From: Candidatus Adlerbacteria bacterium
GTDB lineage: Bacteria > Patescibacteriota > Minisyncoccia > Phycocordibacterales > SBAW01
NCBI GenBank assembly: GCA_028286685.1
Contig: JAQBRA010000006.1
Location: 1,993 to 65,992 of the forward strand
Length of the DNA stretch: 64,000 nt
Direction of reading: 5' to 3'
Each line of letters starts with the position of its first letter. The stretch's first letter is position 1. Under the pieces are notes generated by a model that was not told the origin of the DNA, did no database searches, and worked only from the letters and a program-made list of their open reading frames with translations. This document shows positions 49,716 to 58,052 of the stretch, piece by piece. The position numbers and the translations under genes are program-made.

Positions 49716-52670
49716 ATGTCCGCCCCGTTTGTCCCGTTGCGCGTCCACTCCCATTACTCGCTCCTTAAGGCGCTGCCGAAAATCCCCGACCTCGTTAAGA
49801 AAGCCAAGGCCGAAGGCTGTACTGCGCTTGCGCTTACCGACTTGGGTAACCTCTACGGCGCCATCGAATTTTACAAAGAGTGCCAGGGCGCCGGCATCAA
49901 GCCCATTATCGGGCTGGAATCGGTTATGGAAGGCGGCAAGCATATTCTGCTGTACGCCAAGAACCGCGCAGGCTACCAGAACCTGCTAAAGCTCGTTACC
50001 AAGTCGCACCTCAATTCCCCCGGCAACCCGATGCTCACGAGCGCCATGCTCGAAGAGCATGGCGAGGGCCTCATAACCATCGACCCCAAGGAAACCGATA
50101 TGCCGATGCGCGAAGTGTTTTATATCGAGCCGGACGACCGCCGCGCCTGGGAGACGCTGCGCGCGATTGAGAACCGCGGACCGGTCGAAACCGGCGACCT
50201 CGATGAGGACGAAGACGACTTCTCCTTCCCCACCGCGGCATACATGGAAGAGCGCTACGGCGCCCCGGCAATGCAAAAAACTACTGATCTGGCCGCTGAA
50301 TGCGAGCTCGATCTTAACCTCGGCAAATGGTTTTTCCCCGACATCGAAATACCCGAAGGCACGAACTACGACGAAGAGCTGCGCCGCCTGGTTGAAGAAG
50401 GGCTCAAGCGCCGTTTTATCCAGGAGACCCCTGAGGCGCGGACGCGCATCGAGTACGAGTACGAGATTATTACAAAAAAAGGTTACTCGCCGTACTTCCT
50501 GGTAGTGGCCGACCTGTTGGCGTTTGCCCGCGCAAACAAGATACTGACTACGATCCGCGGCTCGGTCGCCGGCTCGCTGACCACGTACGTCTTGGGCATT
50601 ACCAACGTAAACCCGTTGGCCTACAAGCTCCCCTTCGAGCGCTTTCTTAACCCGGAGCGCCCGTCGGCACCCGACATCGACATGGACTACGCCGACAACC
50701 GGCGCGACGAGGTTATTGAATATGCCCGCCGCAAGTACGGCGAGGACAAGGTGGCGCAGATCGGTACCTTCGGCACCATGCTCGCGCGCGGCGTCGTTCG
50801 CGACGTCGCGCGCGCACTCGGTTACCCGTACGGCCTGGGCGACGCTATCGCAAAAGAAATTCCCATGGGCTCGCAGGGCTTTGCCATGACGCTTGAGCGC
50901 GCCATGAACGAGAACCCGGAGCTCGCCAAGATGTACAAGAAAGACGCGCAGGTGCGCGAGATTATCGACCTCGGCCAAAAGATTGAAGGCTGTGCGCGCC
51001 ACGTGGGCGTCCATGCCGCGGGCGTCGTCATCTCGCCCACCCCGCTGACCGACTACACCCCGCTGCAGCTCGACCCGAAAGGCGGCAAGCTTATTAGCCA
51101 GTACGACATGTATTCGATCGATGAGAACAATGCCGGACTCCTCAAGTTCGACTTTCTCGGCATCCGCAACCTGGCCATACTCGCCCACTCGGTCGAGCTG
51201 GTGGAAAAGACCCGCGGCATCACTATTGATATTGAAAATGTTCCGGTAGACGACACTAAAACCTTTGAGATGCTTGCGCGCGGCGAAACGGAAGGCCTCT
51301 TCCAGCTCAACGGCTCGGGCATGACGCGCTTCCTTAAAGAGCTGAAGCCCTCGACCATCCACGACATCAATGCGATGGTGGCGCTATACCGCCCGGGCCC
51401 GATGGAAACGATCCCGCAGTACATCGAGCGCAAGCACAACCCGGCAATGGTTTCCTACGCCGACCCGCGTATGAAGGATTATCTGGAGTTCTCTCACGGC
51501 GTGCTGGTGTACCAAGACGACGTGCTTCTGACCGCTATTACCTTGGGCGGCTACAGCTGGCTTGAAGCGGACAAGCTGCGCAAGGCGATGGGCAAGAAAA
51601 TTCCCGAAGTTATGGCCGCCGAAAAAGAAAAGCTCATCAAGGGCTTTATCGAGTACGGCAAATTGCGGCCACAGCTCGCAGAAAAGCTCTGGAAACTGAT
51701 TGAGCCGTTTGCGGCATACGGATTTAACAAGGCGCACGCTGCCTCCTACGGCAAGGTGGCGTACCAAACCGCCTACATGAAGGCCAACTTCCCCGTGGAG
51801 TATATGAGCGCGGTTCTGACCGCTGAGGCCGGCGACATCGAAACCGTGTCGACCATGGTTGGCGAGTGCAAGCGCATGGGCCTGCCGGTTTTGGCACCCG
51901 ATGTTAACGAGAGCTTTGGCGACTTTACGGTGATACTTGCCGATAACGCAGAGGAAAAGGACGCGATCCGCTTCGGCCTTTACTCTATTAAGAACTTCGG
52001 CAGCGGGGTGGCAGATTCCATCATCGCCGAGCGCAAGACGGGAGGACCTTTCGTTACCCTTTCGGACTTCCTGACCCGGGTCAAAGACAACGGCCTTAAC
52101 AAGAAGGGCCTGGAGTCGCTTATTAAGTGCGGAGCGCTCGACTCGTTGGGCGAGCGCGGGCAGATGTTTGCCCACATAGAGAAGCTCCTGCAGTACCATC
52201 GCGATGCGGCAGCCGACCACCAACACGAATCATTGTTTGCGGGCGTGGCAGAAATGAGCCAGCTGACCCTGCCCAAAGCAGAGCCTGCCCGCATGGACGA
52301 CAAGCTTATCTGGGAGAAGGAATTGCTGGGCCTGTATGTCTCCGGGCACCCTCTGGATAAATTCAAAGAGAAGCTCGACAAGCGCCCGATGAACCTGGCC
52401 CAGATTAAGGAGCGCAGTTACCCGGGCACCACTACGGTTATTGCCGGCATGGTTGAGGACCTGCGCGTACTGCTTACCAAGAACGGCGACCAGATGGCCT
52501 TCCTCAAGCTCGCGGATTTTTCGGGCTCGGTCGAAGCGGTCGTGTTTCCGAAAAGCTTTGTCGAATACAAGGCCATTTTGCGCCCCGAAGCCTGCATCGC
52601 CATTAAGGGCCGGGTCTCCAACCGCAACGGCGAGTTTTCAATCGTGACCGAAGCGCTCAAGGCATTATAA
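49716..52670 (+). CDS. dnaE: DNA polymerase III alpha subunit (short form)
   Basis: PHP domain (RVHSHYSLLKA), the polymerase core (GVHAAGVVIS, FDFLGIRNL) and an OB domain. 984 aa from ATG 49716, shorter than the roughly 1160 aa of E. coli-type DnaE. Confidence 0.85.
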   Translation: MSAPFVPLRVHSHYSLLKALPKIPDLVKKAKAEGCTALALTDLGNLYGAIEFYKECQGAGIKPIIGLESVMEGGKHILLYAKNRAGYQNLLKLVTKSHLNSPGNPMLTSAMLEEHGEGLITIDPKETDMPMREVFYIEPDDRRAWETLRAIENRGPVETGDLDEDEDDFSFPTAAYMEERYGAPAMQKTTDLAAECELDLNLGKWFFPDIEIPEGTNYDEELRRLVEEGLKRRFIQETPEARTRIEYEYEIITKKGYSPYFLVVADLLAFARANKILTTIRGSVAGSLTTYVLGITNVNPLAYKLPFERFLNPERPSAPDIDMDYADNRRDEVIEYARRKYGEDKVAQIGTFGTMLARGVVRDVARALGYPYGLGDAIAKEIPMGSQGFAMTLERAMNENPELAKMYKKDAQVREIIDLGQKIEGCARHVGVHAAGVVISPTPLTDYTPLQLDPKGGKLISQYDMYSIDENNAGLLKFDFLGIRNLAILAHSVELVEKTRGITIDIENVPVDDTKTFEMLARGETEGLFQLNGSGMTRFLKELKPSTIHDINAMVALYRPGPMETIPQYIERKHNPAMVSYADPRMKDYLEFSHGVLVYQDDVLLTAITLGGYSWLEADKLRKAMGKKIPEVMAAEKEKLIKGFIEYGKLRPQLAEKLWKLIEPFAAYGFNKAHAASYGKVAYQTAYMKANFPVEYMSAVLTAEAGDIETVSTMVGECKRMGLPVLAPDVNESFGDFTVILADNAEEKDAIRFGLYSIKNFGSGVADSIIAERKTGGPFVTLSDFLTRVKDNGLNKKGLESLIKCGALDSLGERGQMFAHIEKLLQYHRDAAADHQHESLFAGVAEMSQLTLPKAEPARMDDKLIWEKELLGLYVSGHPLDKFKEKLDKRPMNLAQIKERSYPGTTTVIAGMVEDLRVLLTKNGDQMAFLKLADFSGSVEAVVFPKSFVEYKAILRPEACIAIKGRVSNRNGEFSIVTEALKAL

Positions 52671-52681
52671 ACACCATTGAC

Positions 52682-52710
52682 TTGACTCTATTTGCATTGG
52701 GGGGTATAAT
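52682..52710 (+). promoter_or_regulatory. near-consensus sigma-70 promoter TTGACT-17-TATAAT
   Basis: TTGACT at 52682-52687, a 17-nt spacer and TATAAT at 52705-52710; predicted TSS near 52717. Confidence 0.55.
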
Positions 52711-52750
52711 TACTCTTAGCTGAACTTGTGTGTGGACCTGGGAGGATCGC

Positions 52751-52963
52751 ATGAATGACCGCCCTACCGCTGGCTCCCGCTTGTTGCTGGAGCCGCAGCC
52801 GCCGCTCTCGTCAACTTCCTCAAACGAAGCCCTGGCCTCGTCCAGCTCGCATTCAACTGAGTGCGTCGACACAGACCCGGCCGACCTCGGCAGCCTGGCC
52901 GAGAAGAACTTTAGCCGGCACCTGCAGACCGGCAAAGGCAAACACCGCGTTATTGCAGGATAA
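52751..52963 (+). CDS. small acidic Ser/Pro-rich hypothetical protein (70 aa)
   Basis: SD GGGAGGA at 52740-52746 and ATG at 52751, directly downstream of the consensus promoter. Encodes MNDRPTAGSRLLLEPQPPLSSTSSNE...KGKHRVIAG with no TM helix. Confidence 0.35.
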   Translation: MNDRPTAGSRLLLEPQPPLSSTSSNEALASSSSHSTECVDTDPADLGSLAEKNFSRHLQTGKGKHRVIAG

Positions 52964-53010
52964 GCTCTCGCCGCCAACCTTCGGGAAGGCGGCGATTTCT
53001 TTTTCTCCGG

Positions 53011-53039
53011 TTGACCAAGAGGCGCAACAGCGCTACGAT
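53011..53039 (+). promoter_or_regulatory. candidate sigma-70 promoter TTGACC-17-TACGAT for the thrS leader
   Basis: TTGACC at 53011-53016, a 17-nt spacer and TACGAT at 53034-53039. Confidence 0.35.
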
Positions 53040-53046
53040 TGGAGCG

Positions 53047-53215
53047 TTGGAAGTTGCCTTGGCTACCACCCAGGGTCGTCCCGAGCCGCAAGGCCTAATC
53101 CGACGCAACAAAGTGCCCCGCCGGAATGGCGAGGGAAACTAGGTGGAACCGCGGTCCAAGATCGTCCTAGTGAGTGCACGAATGTCGTGCCTTCACTAGG
53201 GCGTTTTTTATTTTA
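53047..53215 (+). promoter_or_regulatory. T-box riboswitch leader of thrS (specifier ACC-A; antiterminator T-box; intrinsic terminator)
   Basis: The T-box consensus-like AAACUAGGUGGAACCGCGG (about 53137-53154) lies just before the terminator hairpin cctagtga...tcactagg-gcg-TTTTTTATTTT (53165-53214). A candidate specifier GCUACCACCC holds the Thr codon ACC followed by A. The 5' boundary is uncertain; the leader may begin at the 52717 TSS. Confidence 0.55.
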
Positions 53216-53233
53216 CAAACCAATATCATTACC

Positions 53234-54442
53234 ATGGAAGAACGAGACCATCGCGTCATAGGAAAAGAGCTTGACCTGTTTACCTTCTCGGACCTCGTGG
53301 GCCCCGGGCTCCCTTTATGGACCCCCAAGGGCACCACGTTCCGGGGCGAGATAGACAAATTTATCTGGGAGATGCGCGAAGCCCGCGGCTACGAGAAGGT
53401 CACTATCCCCCACATCACTAAGCGCGATCTGTACGAGACTTCCGGCCACTGGGAGAAGTTTGCCGAGGACCTCTTTAAGGTGACATCGCGCGAGGGCCGC
53501 GAGTACGCGATGAAGCCCATGAACTGCCCGCACCATACGCAGATTTTCGACCGCAAGCCGCACAGCTACCGCGATATGCCCCAGCGCTACGCCGAGACCA
53601 CCATGGTCTACCGCGACGAGCAGTCGGGCGAGCTGGGCGGGCTTACCCGCGTGCTTTCCATTACCCAGGACGACGCGCACGTATTCTGCCGCACCACGCA
53701 GGTGCGCGAGGAGTTCCTGAAAATTTGGGACATCGTCGACACATTCTACAAGCAGTTCGGCTTTACGCTGCGCGTGCGCCTCTCCTTCCGCGACCCAGCA
53801 GCGCCCGAGAAGTACCTGGGCACGCCCGAAATCTGGGACCGGGCCGAAGGCGAGCTGCGCTCGATTGCGCAAGAGCGCGGCGCCGACACCATTGAAGGCC
53901 CGGGCGAGGCGGCGCTCTACGGCCCCAAGCTCGACTTTATGGCCGCCAATGCGGCAGGCCGCGAGTGGCAGGTGGCAACGATCCAGCTCGACCTGAATAT
54001 CCCTGAGCGCTTTGATCTGACCTGCACCAACGAGAAGGGCGAGAAGGAGCGCATTGTCATGATCCATGCGGCTATTGCCGGCTCTTTGGAGCGCTGCGCG
54101 GCCATACTTATCGAGCACTATGGAGGTGCCTTCCCTACCTGGCTTTCCCCGGTGCAGGCAAAGATACTGCCTATCGGAGAGACCCATGCCGCCTTTGCAC
54201 AAGAAACGCTTGAGCGGCTCAAGGAGGCGGGCATACGCGCCGAGATAGACCAGAGCGGCGAGAGCCTGGGCAAGAAGATCCGCGAAGCGAAGACTCAGAA
54301 GGTTCCCTATCTCCTGATTATCGGCGACGCGGAGGTTGCCGCCGGCACCGCGACGCTCGAGGGCCGCGAGGGCAAGATCGGCGCGCTCCCGGTCGCTGAA
54401 ATAGCCGCCAAGCTTGCTGAAGAGATAAAGAGCCGCGCATAG
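53234..54442 (+). CDS. thrS: threonyl-tRNA synthetase, catalytic + anticodon-binding domains only (no N-terminal TGS/editing domains)
   Basis: Starts at MEERDHRVIGKELDLFTF..., which aligns to the start of the class II catalytic core of ThrRS (E. coli residue about 242). Motifs 2 and 3 are present with a C-terminal anticodon-binding domain; 402 aa. Confidence 0.85.
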   Translation: MEERDHRVIGKELDLFTFSDLVGPGLPLWTPKGTTFRGEIDKFIWEMREARGYEKVTIPHITKRDLYETSGHWEKFAEDLFKVTSREGREYAMKPMNCPHHTQIFDRKPHSYRDMPQRYAETTMVYRDEQSGELGGLTRVLSITQDDAHVFCRTTQVREEFLKIWDIVDTFYKQFGFTLRVRLSFRDPAAPEKYLGTPEIWDRAEGELRSIAQERGADTIEGPGEAALYGPKLDFMAANAAGREWQVATIQLDLNIPERFDLTCTNEKGEKERIVMIHAAIAGSLERCAAILIEHYGGAFPTWLSPVQAKILPIGETHAAFAQETLERLKEAGIRAEIDQSGESLGKKIREAKTQKVPYLLIIGDAEVAAGTATLEGREGKIGALPVAEIAAKLAEEIKSRA

Positions 54443-54461
54443 CAAGAACAAAATAGGCAAC

Positions 54462-54492
54462 GAAAAAATCCCCTTTCGGGGATTTTTTCTCG
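54462..54492. terminator. bidirectional rho-independent terminator
   Basis: gaaaaaatcccc-tttc-ggggattttttc. Confidence 0.7.
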
Positions 54493-54526
54493 GGGCACTC
54501 GCGCTTAGGACAAAGCGCTTTGGCTC

Positions 54527-55489
54527 TTACTTAGAGCGCTTTGCGATCTGGGAAGCGATGAAGGGGTCAATGCCCTCTTCAACCAACGGAGCCGAGGCGG
54601 CTACGGAGTGAGTCTTGGGAGCGTGAGTAGTGTGTGCTGCGACCGAGCCGGAAGCCGTGCCGAAGAGGAAGCCGTTAAGGTAAGCGACTGCCTTGTTCTG
54701 AACGCGCTTGACGACGACGAGGTACGCTGCGCCGAGGCACCACAGTACGAGGAAGGTCCAGTAGAGAACCTCGCCCATCGGGCCCAAATCAAGACCGGTG
54801 TACGGAGCCTGGGAAAGGGTGATGTACGGAGTGGTGTTGTAAGCGATCGGGGCTACGTAGCAGTCGTTGTAGTTGTAACCCTGATTGTAGTCCTGGCCGT
54901 AGTTGTAATCGTACTCGTTGTAACCATAATCCTGCTGATTGTAGCCGTAGCCCTGGTTGTAGCTATTGCCGGACTGGCCGTAGCAATCCTGGTAACGCTC
55001 TTCCTGCTTCTTCTGGTTGTTGAAGGAGTTGCTGACCTTGACGCTATTGTCGACAATGCTGTTGTCTACATAGCTCTGGTTGCAGGAGTTGTTAACGCAG
55101 GTGTTGGTATTAACAGTCGTATTAGACTGAGCGGGAGTCTGGTAGCCCATTGCGTAACGGAATGCAGTGTTTGCTGCCGAGCCACCGAACGAAGGCATCG
55201 AGAATCCGCCACCAGTAGAACCGGAGCTGCCGTAGTCGCCGTATCCGCCAGATTCCTCGTAGGAGTCAGGGTAGTAGTTGGTCTCGGTGTCCGGGTAGTA
55301 GTTGGTCTCAGTGTCCGGGTAGTAGTTGGTGTAAGTGTCCGGGTAGTAGTTGTAACCGGAATCCATAGGGGCATCCCATACGCCGATATTATCCTCGCCA
55401 TCTGCCTTAACGAACGAGACCGGGAGGGCAAGCAACACAAGCGCTATGAGCGCGACGCTGCCGTTCCGAAGAGTGTTGAAAGTAGTCAT
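54527..55489 (-). CDS. Tyr/Asn/Gly-rich repeat protein with signal peptide and a late TM segment preceded by APYTG
   Basis: Signal peptide from the internal ATG (MTTFNTLRNGSVALIALVLLALPVSFVKA). Carries NYYPDTETNYYPDTETNYYPD repeats and a long Y/N/Q/G low-complexity region, then APYTGLDLGPMGE, a TM helix (VLYWTFLVLWCLGAAYLVVV), KRVQNK and a roughly 50-aa tail. Confidence 0.5.
   Translation of the reverse strand: MTTFNTLRNGSVALIALVLLALPVSFVKADGEDNIGVWDAPMDSGYNYYPDTYTNYYPDTETNYYPDTETNYYPDSYEESGGYGDYGSSGSTGGGFSMPSFGGSAANTAFRYAMGYQTPAQSNTTVNTNTCVNNSCNQSYVDNSIVDNSVKVSNSFNNQKKQEERYQDCYGQSGNSYNQGYGYNQQDYGYNEYDYNYGQDYNQGYNYNDCYVAPIAYNTTPYITLSQAPYTGLDLGPMGEVLYWTFLVLWCLGAAYLVVVKRVQNKAVAYLNGFLFGTASGSVAAHTTHAPKTHSVAASAPLVEEGIDPFIASQIAKRSK
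55268..55356. repeat. in-frame 21-bp tandem repeat (about 4 copies) encoding YYPDTET/N units
   Basis: gtgtccgggtagtagttggtctc repeated head-to-tail with point variants (minus strand coding). Confidence 0.6.
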
Positions 55490-55674
55490 ATACTTGTTTT
55501 GCTTGATAATTATAAACGCTTGCACCTTAACAGCTACTAATAATTCTGTCAATACCTCACGCTCCGGGCTCAACCGACTGGTTAAGCTCAGAGAATGAGG
55601 GATTACCAAGCTTTTCAGCTGAGTAATCCCGGGTGCAAAACGGCGCGTACGCCGCTTTGCTTTGCAACCAAACC

Positions 55675-56091
55675 TCAGACCGGACCACAGATCTTTGTAC
55701 CCCGCGGATCCGGCATCTTGGTTTCCCCGTTGCAACGATAGTATTCGTTCATCGGAGCGCCGGCCGGGCGGGTGACAATTTCCTTAGGCTCGCCTTTGGG
55801 CCGCTTCGCCTCGGTGCCCGCAGGTGCCGACGGCGGAACTTGGGATTTCGCCTCGTACTTTCTGCAACTGTCGACTACCTGGTCCCATTTCTGGGACGGC
55901 AAGCTGTCGAAGTAAGAGACGATCGTCTCTTTCTTCTCCGCTCCCGTGTTGATCATATGCTTGATCTTCTGGGCGCGGTATTTGCAGAGAGTCATCACGG
56001 TTTCGAACCGCGACGGGGCTTTGGTTTGAGCATAAGCGGGAGCGGACAGGGCCGCAAACGCTACTGCCAGAATGATAAGGTACTTGTGCAT
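55675..56091 (-). CDS. small secreted hypothetical protein
   Basis: Signal peptide MHKYLIILAVAFAALSAPAYA; 138 aa with a Cys pair near the C-terminus. Confidence 0.4.
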   Translation of the reverse strand: MHKYLIILAVAFAALSAPAYAQTKAPSRFETVMTLCKYRAQKIKHMINTGAEKKETIVSYFDSLPSQKWDQVVDSCRKYEAKSQVPPSAPAGTEAKRPKGEPKEIVTRPAGAPMNEYYRCNGETKMPDPRGTKICGPV

Positions 56092-56240
56092 CGAGTTCTC
56101 CTCTTGGATGCGTTCCTCTCTTTCACGAGAGTCAATGTGAAAACCTTCCGAGGAAGATTTTCAATAAGATTCTAGCGAAACGTGATGCGGGGGCTCGTCT
56201 CCTTTGACGAGCCCCGCGCACTAAAGCGTGGACTTAAAGA

Positions 56241-56576
56241 TCAATCGCACCAACCGGTGCCGGTGCCAGGACCGCCGCTGGGCTGCCCGTTGGCGAAACA
56301 CCGGAACTTGTGGGCGCTTGCCGGCGGATGCTCGGTGATAATCTTCTGCGGAGCGATCGGCTTGCCGACAACCCGACGGGGTGCCAACGGCCGGTGCTGA
56401 CGAGCGTTGGGCCGATGCGCGCCGTGAGAGCGCATCGAATTGATCCCCTGGGCGAATACCGGCATCAAGCTGGCCGCAGCGTTCGCGTTTGAAGTCGAAT
56501 TCACCAGAGTCTGGGCTTCAGCCGGCGTCATTGCGATGCAAGCCAATCCCATGCACAAGGCGAGCGCTTTGATCAT
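56241..56576 (-). CDS. small secreted hypothetical protein
   Basis: Start at the internal ATG MIKALALCMGLACIAMTPAEA (signal peptide); Pro/Ala/His-rich with a Cys pair near the C-terminus. Confidence 0.35.
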   Translation of the reverse strand: MIKALALCMGLACIAMTPAEAQTLVNSTSNANAAASLMPVFAQGINSMRSHGAHRPNARQHRPLAPRRVVGKPIAPQKIITEHPPASAHKFRCFANGQPSGGPGTGTGWCD

Positions 56577-56734
56577 GTCATCCTCTTCTTCGGTTGTGGG
56601 CGGTTCCTCTTCTTCCAAGAGGCCGCGTACTGCTGCACTGGGATTAGTATATACCATCTCTTCCCTTTTGTCAAGGGGGTTGACGGTATCCTGCTTTTTA
56701 GGCTCTGGTTGAGCCGTATTCTCCCGGCCGACCC

Positions 56735-57244
56735 TTAGGCGGCCGGGTGTCTCGGAAAATTTGCCTTGAGAGCAACCACCTCCCCTTCCAGAGAGGCGAA
56801 TTTGCCTTCCAAGACCTTAAGCATCGACAAGGGAACTTTTTCCTCAAGCTTCTTGTCGAGAGCCTTCAGCGCATCTTCGAATTTTTTAGAATCAGACTGA
56901 GGACGATCCTCGATAGCCTTAATCTGTCTGGTATTCACTTCGATCCTCTTGAAAAGATCGTTGACCTTATTCCGGGTTTCGTTCTCGCGCCTGACAATCT
57001 CATCGAGCGCGGACTTAAGTCCGTTATAGGTTGCACTTGCCCACATCTCTTCATTGTCGACAATGAACCGTGAAGCCATGACCGCAGCCATTTTGGGACT
57101 ACTGAACGTGCAGTACAGTATGACCCCCGACAAGGCGAGAAAAAACACGATAGCCGTGACAAGGAAGATTTTCCATCCCCTCTCCCAGCTACGATACTTA
57201 AACTTGACCTTGTCCCAGAATTCCGAAAGAGCTTCGGTTCTCAT
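56735..57244 (-). CDS. membrane-anchored coiled-coil protein (hypothetical)
   Basis: One TM helix (IFLVTAIVFFLALSGVILY) followed by heptad-like charged repeats. Confidence 0.4.
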   Translation of the reverse strand: MRTEALSEFWDKVKFKYRSWERGWKIFLVTAIVFFLALSGVILYCTFSSPKMAAVMASRFIVDNEEMWASATYNGLKSALDEIVRRENETRNKVNDLFKRIEVNTRQIKAIEDRPQSDSKKFEDALKALDKKLEEKVPLSMLKVLEGKFASLEGEVVALKANFPRHPAA

Positions 57245-57404
57245 GTTCTTCTCCTGCTACTGTTACCCTTGCGGGCATGTGAATGATCTTCATCTCTGCG
57301 GCTTTGTTCCGTAGAGTCATCGGCACTCCCCTCAGGAAGCAACAATGACCCCGCACAACTGCATGGCGGGAGTATGAACTACTCAGCTGAATTTCCCCTG
57401 AAGC

Positions 57405-57992
57405 TTACCGGGTGTAGGCCCCCTCAAAGTTTGCCGTTACGACGTAGCGGTCGGATTTGCTCCCGAAGTTGTCGCAAGTAACCAGACTCAGGTATTTGCC
57501 ATCTGCCGGGAGTTCTACCACATCTTCCTCTGCATTAGCAAGCCTGACCCCGACTACTTTGTAGCGATATTCGATGCCGGCCGAGTACACGCTTATAACC
57601 TGTCCGGTCTTTAGTTTCTCTATCCCGTTAAAAGTTTTATAGGCCTGATTGTTCACTATCGGCAAATGCGACGAGTGGCCGAAGATGGCGACGGTGCCGT
57701 CTTGGCCGAGCAGGGCCGAGGTGGGCCAGCGCATGGCGGCCTTATCCACAGCGGCGTTAAGCGTATCAAGGTCAGTTGATTGCGGGTTGAGCACCTCGGA
57801 ATCAAGCCCGATATCGAGCGCCACGACGCGCACCGGCAGCTCGTGCGTATCGGCGGGTATCTCCTCTGGGACAGGAACAGCCGCCTGAGTCTCGCCGCCG
57901 CGCGGCTCGGGCAAGGCGTCTACCATCGCCAAAAAGACGTAGGTCAGGCCGAACAGGAACATGAATGTAAATGCGAAAGAAAATGCGCGCAT
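57405..57992 (-). CDS. sortase family transpeptidase (second copy)
   Basis: N-terminal TM anchor, His in the IAIFGHSS context, active-site LSLVTCDN (TLxTC) and a downstream Arg (DRYVV). Confidence 0.8.
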   Translation of the reverse strand: MRAFSFAFTFMFLFGLTYVFLAMVDALPEPRGGETQAAVPVPEEIPADTHELPVRVVALDIGLDSEVLNPQSTDLDTLNAAVDKAAMRWPTSALLGQDGTVAIFGHSSHLPIVNNQAYKTFNGIEKLKTGQVISVYSAGIEYRYKVVGVRLANAEEDVVELPADGKYLSLVTCDNFGSKSDRYVVTANFEGAYTR

Positions 57993-58052
57993 AGGGTTTA
58001 TACGGTTATACCATTTTTATAGACTATTGACAATAGCCGCCCCCATGCTATA

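Noticed and set aside
49986-52226. 458-aa and 280-aa minus-strand ORFs
   Set aside because: Antisense to dnaE; no start context; shadow composition.
52700-53230. Possibility of RNase P RNA, tmRNA or SRP RNA in the 560-bp dnaE-thrS spacer
   Set aside because: None of the universally conserved segments (RNase P P4 GGAAAGUCCGGGCUCC-like, tmRNA 3' end ...UCGAUUCC...CCA, SRP GGAAG...AGCAG helix 8) are present. A T-box motif, a terminator and a promoter/SD/ORF explain the region better.
52755-53261. 168-aa + strand ORF spanning the T-box leader into thrS
   Set aside because: It crosses the intrinsic terminator and the thrS start, out of frame with thrS. It is best explained as a chance open frame over the RNA element.
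53315-54460. 381-aa minus-strand ORF
   Set aside because: Antisense to thrS.
54608-55540. 310-aa + strand Val-rich ORF
   Set aside because: Antisense of the Tyr/Asn-rich repeat gene (the V/T-rich translation is simply the complement of Y/N codons). The signal-peptide-bearing minus-strand frame was preferred.
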